32,000 nucleotides of DNA from Prochlorococcus sp. MIT 0801. Its GTDB lineage: Bacteria; Cyanobacteriota; Cyanobacteriia; PCC-6307; Cyanobiaceae. The notes under the pieces were generated by a model, which made no database searches, had not been told where the DNA came from, and saw only the letters and a list, made by a program, of their open reading frames with translations. Below are positions 1 to 8,555 of the stretch, piece by piece. The DNA is taken from contig NZ_CP007754.1 in assembly GCF_000757865.1 (NCBI RefSeq), positions 1,620,001-1,652,000 of the forward strand, in the 5' to 3' direction. The stretch's first letter is position 1. Every line of letters starts with the position of its first letter. Made by a program: the position numbers and the translations under genes.

Positions 1-330
1 AGGTTCCCAGAAAAATGGAAGTTTTTCGACTCCATATAAACCAAAAAACTCGGGGATACCATTTGGAAATTGTCCTGAACTATTCAATTGGAGGAACATT
101 GCAGCGCAATATCCACCAAGAGCAAAGAAAATTCCTTGGCCTAAGCTCAACATTCCTGTAAATCCCCAAATCAAATCAACTCCTAGAGCCACTATTGCAA
201 GAGATAGATATCTACCTAAGAGATTTAATCTAAAAACAGGAAGTAATGTAGGAGCAGCAATAATTAATGCAATGATTATCACCCAAATAGTTAAGTGAAT
301 CCAACTTTTTTTTGTAGAAAAAATACTCAT
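1..330 (-). CDS. urtC: Urea ABC transporter permease UrtC, N-terminal part (gene runs off the window)
   Basis: Open-ended minus-strand frame, absent from the ORF track. ATG at 330 lies 3 nt after the urtB stop. My translation is MSIFSTKKSWIHLTIWVIIIALIIAAPTLLPVFRLNLLGRYLSLAIVALGVDLIWGFTGMLSLGQGIFFALGGYCAAMF..., typical of a LivM/UrtC-type permease N-terminus. It sits downstream of urtA-urtB. Confidence 0.8.
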   Translation of the reverse strand, partial: MSIFSTKKSWIHLTIWVIIIALIIAAPTLLPVFRLNLLGRYLSLAIVALGVDLIWGFTGMLSLGQGIFFALGGYCAAMFLQLNSSGQFPNGIPEFFGLYGVEKLPFFWEP

Positions 331-333
331 AAG

Positions 334-1491
334 TTAAGACTCCACCATTCTTCCTTTTTGAGGGAACATCCCAGTTGGTCGGAATTGCAAGAATATGACT
401 ATTAGTGCAAATATCATCACTCTAGCCATACTTGTTGTCGCAAAAAAATCTATTGTTGATGCCAGAGGTGAAGGCATATCTGGCCAAATGGTAAGGAGTC
501 TCCCTGCTCCAATTAAATCAGTCATAATTCCTATAGAGAAAGAAGCAAGAATTGTGCCTAGCAAATTACCTACTCCACCAAGAACGACAACCATAAAACA
601 TCCAACAATATAATTTCCGCCAACATTTGGGCCTACTGAACCAAGAAGTGAAACGGCAACACCAGCGACACCAGCAAGACCAGAGCCAATTCCAAAAGTA
701 ATAATATCTACTGTTTCTGTTGATATACCTAAACAATCACTCATAGGTCTATTTTGAGTTACTGCTCTAATTCTCATTCCCCACGCTGTTTTATCAAGAA
801 AGAAAATCACTACTAAAACAGATATTACGGTGATAAGGATTATTAATAAACGTGTTTTAGGAAAAGTAATTCCAACAAAATCTATTCCACCTCTCATCCA
901 AGAAGGGGCAGTAACATCAACATTTCTTGCACTTGCGCGACTGAGTTTACTTACTAAAGAAGATAAAATACCTCCTGTTGTGACACCTAGCAAGGCAGAA
1001 AAGCCCCAGGTACATGCCCTTATTAATTTACCTTTTGCGCCAGAAAGTAAGTCATCAGAAATAAATAATGGCGAAAACAATCCAAAGAAAAGTGCTACAA
1101 CCAAACCACTTCCATAAGCCAGAGGAACACTTCTAACAAATTGTTGAAGTATTAGGCTAACTCCCCATGTAGCTAAAAGTGTTTCAAGAGGACTTCCATA
1201 GAGACGTCTAATAACTGTTCGTTCTAAAAGAATCCCAACTGTTCCACTAACTAAAAAAGCAATAAAAATAGCTACTATGACATACGAATCATAAAAAGGT
1301 TTTAAAAAAGAAACTTGTTTAAAAATTAATTGAGTTATGTATGTTGAATAAGCACCAAGCATCATCAATTCGCCATGAGCAAGATTGATGACACCCATTA
1401 AACCGAAGACAATTGCTAGTCCCAGTGCTGCGACAAGCAAAACTGAGCCAATAGCAACGCCATTAAAGAGGCTTTCAAGAAAAAGTTGCAC
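334..1491 (-). CDS. urtB: Urea ABC transporter permease UrtB (LivH-type)
   Basis: 385-aa polytopic membrane ORF with the LivH/UrtB signature GLMGVINLAHGE and a long internal hydrophilic insert. The start is GTG, with no upstream in-frame ATG before a stop. It follows urtA directly. Confidence 0.9.
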   Translation of the reverse strand: MQLFLESLFNGVAIGSVLLVAALGLAIVFGLMGVINLAHGELMMLGAYSTYITQLIFKQVSFLKPFYDSYVIVAIFIAFLVSGTVGILLERTVIRRLYGSPLETLLATWGVSLILQQFVRSVPLAYGSGLVVALFFGLFSPLFISDDLLSGAKGKLIRACTWGFSALLGVTTGGILSSLVSKLSRASARNVDVTAPSWMRGGIDFVGITFPKTRLLIILITVISVLVVIFFLDKTAWGMRIRAVTQNRPMSDCLGISTETVDIITFGIGSGLAGVAGVAVSLLGSVGPNVGGNYIVGCFMVVVLGGVGNLLGTILASFSIGIMTDLIGAGRLLTIWPDMPSPLASTIDFFATTSMARVMIFALIVIFLQFRPTGMFPQKGRMVES

Positions 1492-1514
1492 TAGCTTGGT
1501 TGTTTTTTTAAAGA

Positions 1515-1540
1515 AATAAGGAGCCCGAAGGCTCCTTATT
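1515..1540 (-). promoter_or_regulatory. Intercistronic stem-loop between urtA and urtB (11-bp stem, UUCG tetraloop on the transcribed strand)
   Basis: aataaggagcc-cgaa-ggctccttatt pairs perfectly, 1515-1525 with 1530-1540. On the minus strand the loop reads UUCG. No strong U-tract follows, so it is more likely an mRNA-stabilising or partial-termination element than a full terminator. Confidence 0.5.
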
Positions 1541-1568
1541 AGAATCTATTTATAAGTCAAAAATTGAA

Positions 1569-2846
1569 TTACATCCTATATTTTTCACCTTTCTTAGGAT
1601 CAGTCCAATCACAAGCATAACCTTTTGAACTTGGATGTTTTTGGTTCCATGCTTGTGGCTCAACTACTCCAGTTTCTTCAAGGATTGTAAATCCACCTTC
1701 AGAGTTGATTTCACCGATTCTCACTGTTTGAGATAGATGATGATTTGGCATAACTTCTACTGGTCCTTGTGGAGCATCGAATGTCTGGCCAACCAATGCT
1801 TCTCTAACAGCATTGTCATCAAATGTACCTGCATCTTCAACTGCCTGCTTCCAAAGGTAAACCATATTGTAAGCAGATTCTTGAGGATCAGCTACAACAC
1901 GGTCGCTACCCCATCTCTTCTTAAAGCTCTTAGCAAATTTCTTTGAGGCTGGAGTATCAATAGACATCATGTAGTTCCAAGCACCATAATGCCCCTCAAG
2001 GAACTCAGGTCCAATCGTACTAATCTCTTCTTCCGCAATGGAGTAGTTCATTACGTAATAGCCATTAGAAGGAGTGATTCCTGCATCCTGGATTTGTTTG
2101 AAGAAAGCAACGTTTTGGTCACCATTCAAAGTGTTAACGATGATTCCACCATCAGGAAGAGCAACTTTTATCTTTGAGATAATAGGAGCAACTTCTGTAT
2201 TACCTAAAGGAAGATAGTCTTCTCCAACAACTTTACCGCCAAGTTGTTTAACTTGAGCTTTAGTAATCGTATTAGAAGTTCTCGGGAAAACATAATCAGA
2301 CCCAACTAAGAAGAAATCCCCTCCAGCAGCTGGTGAGCGCTTATACATGAAATCCGTAGCTGGCTCAGACTGCTGATTAGGAGTTGCTCCTGTATAGAAA
2401 ATATTATTGGAGCACTCTTGTGCTTCATATTGAATTGGGTAATAAAGGAATGCATCTTTAGATTCATAAACTGGAAGCATTGCCTTACGACTTGCAGATG
2501 TCCAGCCACCAAAGACAACTGGTACTCCATCTTGGTCGATTAACTTCTTAGATTTCTCAGCAAAGGTAGGCCAATCTGAGGCTCCATCTTCGACGATGTA
2601 TTCAATTTTATAGCTTTTACCATCGACTGTTACACCGCCAGCTGCATTGATTTCCTCAATAGCCATTTTCTCTGTATCAACAAGAGTTGACTCAGAGATT
2701 GCCATTGTCCCTGAAAGAGAATGGAGAATTCCAACAGTTACGGTGTCATCAAAGTTGCCTGAGGAATCTGATCCACCACAAGCAGTCACAGTTACTGCTA
2801 ATGAGGCAGTAGCCAAACCTGCGAAAATGCGCTTTGAAAGCTTCAT
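1569..2846 (-). CDS. urtA: Urea ABC transporter substrate-binding lipoprotein UrtA
   Basis: Periplasmic-binding-protein fold (LivJ/amide-urea binding type). The first ATG at 2846 gives MKLSKRIFAGLATASLAVTVTACGG, a signal peptide with a lipobox (VTAC). The track extension to 2903 begins at TTG and encodes a non-signal leader. Context is urtA-urtB-urtC next to urease genes. Confidence 0.9.
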   Translation of the reverse strand: MKLSKRIFAGLATASLAVTVTACGGSDSSGNFDDTVTVGILHSLSGTMAISESTLVDTEKMAIEEINAAGGVTVDGKSYKIEYIVEDGASDWPTFAEKSKKLIDQDGVPVVFGGWTSASRKAMLPVYESKDAFLYYPIQYEAQECSNNIFYTGATPNQQSEPATDFMYKRSPAAGGDFFLVGSDYVFPRTSNTITKAQVKQLGGKVVGEDYLPLGNTEVAPIISKIKVALPDGGIIVNTLNGDQNVAFFKQIQDAGITPSNGYYVMNYSIAEEEISTIGPEFLEGHYGAWNYMMSIDTPASKKFAKSFKKRWGSDRVVADPQESAYNMVYLWKQAVEDAGTFDDNAVREALVGQTFDAPQGPVEVMPNHHLSQTVRIGEINSEGGFTILEETGVVEPQAWNQKHPSSKGYACDWTDPKKGEKYRM

Positions 2847-2921
2847 GAAATACGAACTAAATTTAGTTGTTTGCCCACCTTGGGGTTTAGGGAAAGTATC
2901 CAACTGAACACCCCTATTTTT

Positions 2922-2935
2922 GTAACCAATGAGAC
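2922..2935 (-). promoter_or_regulatory. Candidate NtcA box (one mismatch) upstream of urtA
   Basis: The plus strand reads tGTAaccaatgaGACa, so the minus strand reads GTC-N8-TAC. On the minus strand a TACTTT (TAN3T) -10-like hexamer follows after 23 nt, about 55 nt upstream of the urtA ATG. It is imperfect, and a second overlapping GTA-N8-AAC lies at 2896-2909. Confidence 0.3.
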
Positions 2936-2966
2936 AGTTCTAGCTATTTCAGTAAACGAAGATAGG

Positions 2967-3021
2967 TTTTTGTGTAATCTGATACCTTCTAACCTTTAGA
3001 AGGTATCAGATTACACAAAAA
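2967..3021. repeat. Perfect 26-bp inverted repeat with 3-nt spacer spanning the ureG stop codon
   Basis: TTTTTGTGTAATCTGATACCTTCTAA-CCT-TTAGAAGGTATCAGATTACACAAAAA. I reverse-complemented it by hand and the arms are identical. One arm encodes the last 10 codons of ureG ([10 protein letters not shown]). The stop TAG (2991-2989) sits next to the loop. Confidence 0.9.
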
Positions 3022-3597
3022 TTCTTCGATTACTTTTATGCCATCCCCTGTTTTGGTATTAGTAAAGCACCAAGGAAGATTTTTTCTCATCAATAGAGTA
3101 TCTCTCTCCATTATTTTCAAGCTTGCTCCAACCATTTCAGCAAGATCAATCTTATTGATTACTAATAAATCTGAACGTGTTATTCCTGGTCCACCTTTCC
3201 TGGGTATCTTATCCCCGGCTGCGACATCAATTATATAGATACATATATCAACCAACTCAGGGCTAAAACTTGCAGCAAGATTATCTCCACCACTCTCAAC
3301 AAATACTAAATCTAAAGTTGTAAATTTATGCTCTAGCTCTTCAACCGCAATGCGATTTATAGAACAATCTTCCCTTATCGCTGTATGTGGGCATCCTCCC
3401 GTTTCAACTCCCTTAATACGTTCGGGTTCTAACGCCTTTGAATTAGTTAAAAATTTTGCATCTTCTTGCGTATAAATATCGTTTGTGACTACTGCAATTT
3501 CTAATTTATCTTTTAGGTTTTCACATAGTCTCTGAATAATAGCCGTTTTCCCAGACCCTACTGGTCCAGCTATTCCGACTCTCAATTTACTTTCCAT
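2989..3597 (-). CDS. ureG: Urease accessory GTPase UreG
   Basis: P-loop GPVGSGKT, the conserved CPH metal-binding motif ([11 protein letters not shown]), ESGGDNL, and NKIDL. Its start overlaps the ureF stop (TAATG). Confidence 0.95.
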   Translation of the reverse strand: MESKLRVGIAGPVGSGKTAIIQRLCENLKDKLEIAVVTNDIYTQEDAKFLTNSKALEPERIKGVETGGCPHTAIREDCSINRIAVEELEHKFTTLDLVFVESGGDNLAASFSPELVDICIYIIDVAAGDKIPRKGGPGITRSDLLVINKIDLAEMVGASLKIMERDTLLMRKNLPWCFTNTKTGDGIKVIEEFLCNLIPSKG

Positions 3598-4268
3598 TAG
3601 CTTCTAAATAATCTTGAATAAAGTTCTATATGCGATTGTTGCGCCATAATGGCGCCAACATCGCTAATCCAAATTTCTTTCGGATTCTGTTGCAACAAGT
3701 AACTTGATTGAGACTTAATAAGTAATAAGGATTTTTTTTGAAGCTGTTGAGCTTTTGTTGGCCCTAATGACAATAGTCTTAATGCCGCACTTAATTGATT
3801 AGCTACCCAACTATATAAAAAACCCTCCACCAAATCAATTTGAGATATATCCCAGCATACTCCAGCCCAAGCCCAAGCTATCGGCCATATAAATTTCTTT
3901 TCATAATCAGGAAGAGGATGCTCTAGATCAATGAGAAGCTGCAATAGAGATTCGCCCATTTGTATTTGTTGAGATCTAACCTCTGGAGAATCTCTAAGTG
4001 AACTCAACCAAGAATTCCACTCTTCAATAACATACTTAAATTGAACATCTTTATGATCTTTCCAATTAACTAAATCTCTCATTATGTGAGCAATTGAGCT
4101 TGCCTCAATTGTTATCTGACCTCGAGAAAGTTCATTTTCAATCCAATTGAACAGTGTTGTCTCATCATATACTTTATTGTTTTGAACAAGCCACTCCAAT
4201 CCTTCGGAGTAACTAAAAGCGCCAACTGGTAATGATGGGCTCATTAATTGTAAAAGCTCAAGTTTCAT
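3597..4268 (-). CDS. ureF: Urease accessory protein UreF
   Basis: 223-aa helical protein beginning [21 protein letters not shown], the typical UreF N-terminal motif. It lies between ureE and ureG. Confidence 0.9.
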   Translation of the reverse strand: MKLELLQLMSPSLPVGAFSYSEGLEWLVQNNKVYDETTLFNWIENELSRGQITIEASSIAHIMRDLVNWKDHKDVQFKYVIEEWNSWLSSLRDSPEVRSQQIQMGESLLQLLIDLEHPLPDYEKKFIWPIAWAWAGVCWDISQIDLVEGFLYSWVANQLSAALRLLSLGPTKAQQLQKKSLLLIKSQSSYLLQQNPKEIWISDVGAIMAQQSHIELYSRLFRS

Positions 4269-4289
4269 AAACGGAATTAATCAAACCTC

Positions 4290-4730
4290 CTACTCATAAG
4301 CACCTAACTCGGGAGAAAAAGCTCTTTGGAAATTTTCTATTTCAAAGCCTTGGCCTTCTAACATCTTTTTCATAATCACATCATTAAGTAAATATAACTC
4401 TTTCTCATATAACTCAATTTCAACATGTCTATTACCTAAATGATAAGCAGCTTTTAACAATTTCAATCTATTTTCTGAGCTAATTCTTATTACATCTTCA
4501 TCAGCGGCCTCTATGATTACAAAGACTTGTGAATTCTCACTTTTCAATACCTCTCCAGGAATCAACCGACCTCCTCCTCTAGGCAAATTTAAAATCACAT
4601 CAGTTCCATCAACAGTTGATCGCTTACCACGAAGCTGAGTCCTCTCTTTTGCAGACAAGGGAAGTAAAAGGCCATGTCCTATCACTTGAGCACTAATTCT
4701 CTTGGTAAGATAGATTAATTCGTGAGACAA
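4290..4730 (-). CDS. ureE: Urease accessory (Ni chaperone) protein UreE, without His-rich tail
   Basis: 146 aa with a UreE-like core (AYHLGNRHV motif). The start is TTG, with no in-frame ATG. It is first in the ureEFG order. The C-terminus ends SPELGAYE, with no poly-His tail. Confidence 0.85.
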   Translation of the reverse strand: MSHELIYLTKRISAQVIGHGLLLPLSAKERTQLRGKRSTVDGTDVILNLPRGGGRLIPGEVLKSENSQVFVIIEAADEDVIRISSENRLKLLKAAYHLGNRHVEIELYEKELYLLNDVIMKKMLEGQGFEIENFQRAFSPELGAYE

Positions 4731-4832
4731 GCTTCAATTCTTTATAGATTTCAATTTTATAGATTATGTCTACCAGATCAGACATTTATTATTTTCTCAA
4801 AACCAACTGAACAAAAACCATAAAGCTTTTCA

Positions 4833-5756
4833 ATGACATCTCAATGGCATGGAACTTGTGATCTAAGGCTGTACAAGAGGCCAAAATCAAATAACAAAGA
4901 TATTGTTAAAACAATTCATCAAGCAAAATGCACTGCTCCATTAAAATTAATGAGAGTATTCAATGATAAAAAAGATGGGAGATGTGAAATACCAATTCTC
5001 CATAGTGCTGGTGGAATCGTTGGAGGTGATCAACTCACAATAAATATAAACGCTGAAGAAGATAGCAGTGCTATATGTTCTTCGGTAGCAGCTCAGAAAG
5101 TTTATGGAAGTAGAGGCAGGTCAAAACTAAATCCACAAGGGAGATGGGCAAATCAAAAATGTTTTTTTCAAATTGAAAAAAATTCTGACTTTGAGTGGAT
5201 CCCTCAAGAGTTAATTGTCTATCAGGGAGGTCTTTTCGAACAAAATATGACTGTTAATCTTGATCCTTCATCAAGCTTTTTGTGTGTTGATTTGGTTCGC
5301 TTGGGAAGGACTGCTGCAGGAGAAGAACTTGGTAATGGAGTGTGGAGATCATCTTTGAAAGTCTTCAGGAAGAATTCTCAAAGGAAACATTATGAATTTA
5401 GTGATCGATTAGAACTATCTGGAGAAGCTCTAAAGTCAATTCATGGCTTAGAGCAGAGACCAGTATTTGGATCTTTAACTTGGATAACACCTAAAGAAAT
5501 CAAGCAAAAGGATTTGTCTGATTTATTAGTCAACTGCCGACAACAAAGAGCTGGACTTGAGGGTTTTATGACTTGCAGCCTTCTTGAAAATGGCATATCA
5601 GCAAGATACACAGGCATGTCAACACAATCAGCTCGATTTTGGTTTTATAGGATTTGGAGTCTTACTAGAATTTTAAGAAAATTAAGCTTGCCTGAATACA
5701 TGAGGATTTGGCCAATGCAAGAAAATCCATCAACAGATACAAAATGTCCATCATGA
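4833..5756 (+). CDS. ureD: Urease accessory protein UreD
   Basis: 307 aa with the UreD/UreH-like segment ILHSAGGIVGGDQL. It is divergent from ureE and lies directly upstream of ureA. Confidence 0.9.
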   Translation: MTSQWHGTCDLRLYKRPKSNNKDIVKTIHQAKCTAPLKLMRVFNDKKDGRCEIPILHSAGGIVGGDQLTININAEEDSSAICSSVAAQKVYGSRGRSKLNPQGRWANQKCFFQIEKNSDFEWIPQELIVYQGGLFEQNMTVNLDPSSSFLCVDLVRLGRTAAGEELGNGVWRSSLKVFRKNSQRKHYEFSDRLELSGEALKSIHGLEQRPVFGSLTWITPKEIKQKDLSDLLVNCRQQRAGLEGFMTCSLLENGISARYTGMSTQSARFWFYRIWSLTRILRKLSLPEYMRIWPMQENPSTDTKCPS

Positions 5757-5805
5757 ACTTTTCAGCATTTCTTTGCTAGTAAAATAAAATTCTAACTATT
5801 CAAAA

Positions 5806-6108
5806 ATGTACTTAAGTCCTCAAGAAAAAGACAAATTACTTGTAGTTACCGCAGCTCTTTTAGCAGAGCGAAGATTAAATAGAGGTTTGAAATTAAATCA
5901 TCCTGAGGCTGTTGCTTGGCTTAGTTTTCAAGTACTAGAGGGTGCTAGAGATGGCAAGAGTGTCTCAACCTTAATGAACGAGGGAACTACATGGCTAACA
6001 AAAGAACAAGTCATGGAGGGTGTGCCCGAACTCATCCATGAAGTTCAAATAGAAGCTGTTTTTCCCGATGGAACGAAGCTGGTAACACTTCACAATCCAA
6101 TTAGCTAA
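5806..6108 (+). CDS. ureA: Urease gamma subunit UreA
   Basis: 100 aa beginning [37 protein letters not shown], the canonical urease gamma N-terminus. Confidence 0.97.
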   Translation: MYLSPQEKDKLLVVTAALLAERRLNRGLKLNHPEAVAWLSFQVLEGARDGKSVSTLMNEGTTWLTKEQVMEGVPELIHEVQIEAVFPDGTKLVTLHNPIS

Positions 6109-6116
6109 CTACAATC

Positions 6117-6437
6117 ATGTCTTATTTAATCCCTGGAGAACTCATTCCCGAAGATGGTTTTATTGAACTCAACAAAGGAAGAGAAATCACAACTCTAAAA
6201 GTGGCGAACACTTCAGATAGACCAATACAAATTGGCTCTCATTATCATTTCTTTGAGTCAAATAAAGGTCTAGAATTTAATCGTCAAGAAGCTCTCGGCA
6301 AAAGATTAGACATCCCAGCTGGTACTGCTATCAGATTTGAGCCAGGTGACCAAAGAGAAGTTAATCTTGTTCCTTATGCAGGAGACCGTAAAATTTTTGG
6401 GTTTAACGGACTTATAAACGATTCACTTCAACAATAA
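6117..6437 (+). CDS. ureB: Urease beta subunit UreB
   Basis: 106 aa with IPGE...[17 protein letters not shown], the canonical urease beta motif. Confidence 0.97.
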   Translation: MSYLIPGELIPEDGFIELNKGREITTLKVANTSDRPIQIGSHYHFFESNKGLEFNRQEALGKRLDIPAGTAIRFEPGDQREVNLVPYAGDRKIFGFNGLINDSLQQ

Positions 6438-6438
6438 A

Positions 6439-8148
6439 ATGCCTTTCAAAATTTCTCGCCAAGCCTATGCAGAGACTTATGGTCCTACTAAAGGCGATCG
6501 CATTAGACTTGCAGATACAGACTTAATACTCGAAGTTGAACAGGATCATACTCACTATGGAGACGAAGTTAAATTTGGTGGAGGCAAGGTTATTCGTGAT
6601 GGGATGGGACAATCACAACAAAGTAGAGACAATGGAGTAGTAGATACAGTTATCACCAATGCACTAATTTTAGATTGGTGGGGAATTGTTAAAGCTGATA
6701 TTGGCATTAAAGACGGGAAGATTTCAGGTATAGGGAAAGCTGGTAATCCTGATACTCAAGCAGGTGTCAACATTATTGTTGGAGCCAGTACAGAAGCAAT
6801 CGCAGGAGAAGGAAACATTATTACTGCTGGAGCAATTGATAGTCATATTCATTTTATCTGTCCACAACAAATAGAAACTGCTTTAGCTAGTGGGGTCACG
6901 ACAATGCTCGGAGGAGGGACAGGTCCAGCAACTGGTACTAATGCAACAACATGTACACCAGGAGAATTTCACATCTCAAGAATGCTGCAATCTGCAGAGG
7001 GATTTCCTGTTAATCTGGGATTCTTTGGGAAAGGCAATGCAACTAACAAAGCAGCACTAGATGAACAAATAAGAGCAGGTGCTTGTGGGTTAAAACTTCA
7101 TGAAGACTGGGGAACGACACCGGCCTGTATTGATTCCTGCTTAAGTGTTGCAGATCAACTAGACGTTCAAGTTTGTATTCATACAGATACCCTAAACGAA
7201 GCTGGTTTTGTTGAAGATACAATTCAGGCAATAAAAGGGAGAACAATTCATACATTCCATACCGAAGGAGCTGGAGGGGGTCACGCTCCCGACATTATCA
7301 AAATTTGTGGAGAATCAAATGTGATTCCCAGTAGTACAAATCCAACTAGGCCTTTCACTCTAAATACTCTTGAAGAACATTTAGACATGTTGATGGTTTG
7401 TCATCATTTGGATCCCAAAATTCCAGAGGATGTTGCTTTTGCTGAGTCAAGAATACGTCGGGAAACTATTGCCGCTGAAGACATACTCCACGATTTAGGA
7501 GCCTTTTCTATTATTGCTAGTGACTCCCAGGCTATGGGTAGAGTCGGGGAGGTGATTAGCCGGACTTTTCAAACTGCTCATAAAATGAAAGTTCAAAGAG
7601 GAGCTTTACCAGAGGATAATCAAAGAAATGATAATCATCGCCTGAAAAGATATATCTCAAAGGTAACTATTAATCCAGCGATAGCTCATGGAATCAGTGG
7701 TCATGTTGGCTCGGTAGAAGTTGGAAAACTAGCAGACTTAGTACTTTGGAAGCCTGGCTTTTTTGGAATTAAACCTGACTTAGTAGTTAAAGGAGGATGT
7801 ATCGCATGGGCTCAGATGGGAGATGCAAATGCCTCCATTCCGACTCCACAACCAGTCCATGGTCGTCCAATGTTTTCTTCCTTTGGAAAGGCGATAAATC
7901 CTACATGCCTGACTTTCTTAAGCGAGAGCGCAATAGACGCTGGTGTCCCTGAACGACTCAAATTGGAACGCTCCTATGCTCCCGTTAAAGACACAAGAAA
8001 AATATCTAAACAATCAATGAAACTAAATGATGCAAGACCCAAAATCGAAGTAGACCCCCAAACATATGAAGTTTTTGCAAATGGAGAGCTTTTGACTTGT
8101 GAACCAGCTGAATCACTACCACTTGCGCAAAGATATCTATTGCTTTAA
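6439..8148 (+). CDS. ureC: Urease alpha (catalytic) subunit UreC
   Basis: 569 aa with the Ni-ligand and active-site motifs [20 protein letters not shown] (carbamylated Lys), MVCHHLD and [10 protein letters not shown]. The ATG lies 1 nt after the ureB stop. Confidence 0.98.
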   Translation: MPFKISRQAYAETYGPTKGDRIRLADTDLILEVEQDHTHYGDEVKFGGGKVIRDGMGQSQQSRDNGVVDTVITNALILDWWGIVKADIGIKDGKISGIGKAGNPDTQAGVNIIVGASTEAIAGEGNIITAGAIDSHIHFICPQQIETALASGVTTMLGGGTGPATGTNATTCTPGEFHISRMLQSAEGFPVNLGFFGKGNATNKAALDEQIRAGACGLKLHEDWGTTPACIDSCLSVADQLDVQVCIHTDTLNEAGFVEDTIQAIKGRTIHTFHTEGAGGGHAPDIIKICGESNVIPSSTNPTRPFTLNTLEEHLDMLMVCHHLDPKIPEDVAFAESRIRRETIAAEDILHDLGAFSIIASDSQAMGRVGEVISRTFQTAHKMKVQRGALPEDNQRNDNHRLKRYISKVTINPAIAHGISGHVGSVEVGKLADLVLWKPGFFGIKPDLVVKGGCIAWAQMGDANASIPTPQPVHGRPMFSSFGKAINPTCLTFLSESAIDAGVPERLKLERSYAPVKDTRKISKQSMKLNDARPKIEVDPQTYEVFANGELLTCEPAESLPLAQRYLLL

Positions 8149-8171
8149 TTAATATGAAATTTCAAAAGATC

Positions 8172-8399
8172 TTAAGCCACTAGCGAATCTTCATTGTTAG
8201 AAGCCGTTATTCGAAGGCGTTGTTCTAAATTTGGTCCATATGACTCTATGCCCCAAATTTCCAACTGAGAACCTTCTGGTGCCATAGATGAGAATACTTC
8301 TTGAGGGAAAATAGCTCGTTCTAGAAAAAATCTATCCGGTCCAATGCACTTAAGTATAACCATGCTAGAAGCAATGTTTCTGTAAGAAAAATCGACCAT
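8172..8399 (-). CDS. Small cyanobacterial conserved protein (DUF1830-like)
   Basis: MVDFSYRN...ILKCIGPDRFFLERAIFPQEVFSSMAPEGSQLEIW resembles, from memory, the ...WYFERVVFPG...F.AP...LEI. core of DUF1830 proteins. The first ATG is at 8399; the track start at 8408 is TTG. Confidence 0.6.
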   Translation of the reverse strand: MVDFSYRNIASSMVILKCIGPDRFFLERAIFPQEVFSSMAPEGSQLEIWGIESYGPNLEQRLRITASNNEDSLVA

Positions 8400-8447
8400 A
8401 ACCCACAATTATTTGTTGAAATTAAAACAAATAAATAAAAAAGTATT

Positions 8448-8463
8448 TGTAATTTTTTATACA
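8448..8463. promoter_or_regulatory. Perfect extended NtcA consensus box TGTA-N8-TACA
   Basis: tGTAattttttaTACa lies in the divergent intergenic region between the DUF1830-like gene and the 59-aa ORF. On the plus strand a TAAACT (TAN3T) hexamer begins 20 nt after the box (8483-8488), the geometry of NtcA-activated promoters. On the minus strand the spacing to TAATTT is 24 nt, a poorer fit. Confidence 0.5.
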
Positions 8464-8555
8464 AAACATATAGGTGAAAATATAAACTTTTTCTTAATAT
8501 GTCCAACGCGAACGCCCCCATTAAGAGCAATTAGTTATAAAAAATGTAAAAATTC

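Noticed and set aside
395-1117. Plus-strand ORFs 395..613 and 830..1117
   Set aside because: They lie entirely antisense within the well-supported urtB gene, and their proteins are of low complexity. They are typical shadow ORFs.
2847-2903. N-terminal extension of urtA to 2903. Similar track extensions exist for rpsL (27587-27625), rpsU (11482-11526), DUF1997 (20283-20345), the beta-barrel gene (8935-8949), the radical SAM gene (12812-12832), the CPBP gene (15220-15231) and the DUF1830-like gene (8400-8408).
   Set aside because: Most extensions begin at non-ATG codons chosen only because the frame is open. Where they begin at ATG (rpsU, DUF1997, rpsL) the added residues do not resemble the family. 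The first in-family start (ATG, or TTG for rpsU) gives canonical N-termini: a signal peptide for urtA and the barrel, MPTIQQL for S12, [10 protein letters not shown] for S21.
1737-2907. ORFs 1737..1946(+), 1989..2177(+), 2306..2530(-), 2647..2907(+)
   Set aside because: All lie antisense or out of frame inside urtA, with no recognisable motifs. They are shadow ORFs.
7043-7255. 70-aa minus-strand ORF inside ureC
   Set aside because: It is antisense to the catalytic urease subunit. It is a shadow ORF.
8492-8526. Possibility that the GC-rich leader hairpin is a glutamine riboswitch (glnA / Downstream-peptide motif), since those occur before short ORFs in marine picocyanobacteria
   Set aside because: As I recall the motif, it needs a CGUUC...GAACG closing helix and a GGAAGUAGG-type core. 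I could not find these on either strand; only an isolated GAACGC is present. I kept it as an unexplained structure, and an Rfam scan would settle it.
8321-8530. 69-aa minus-strand ORF overlapping the DUF1830-like gene start and the NtcA-box region
   Set aside because: It is out of frame with the DUF1830-like gene and has an AT-rich low-complexity translation (LYFHLYVLYKKLQILFYLFVLI). It covers a region better explained as a divergent promoter.
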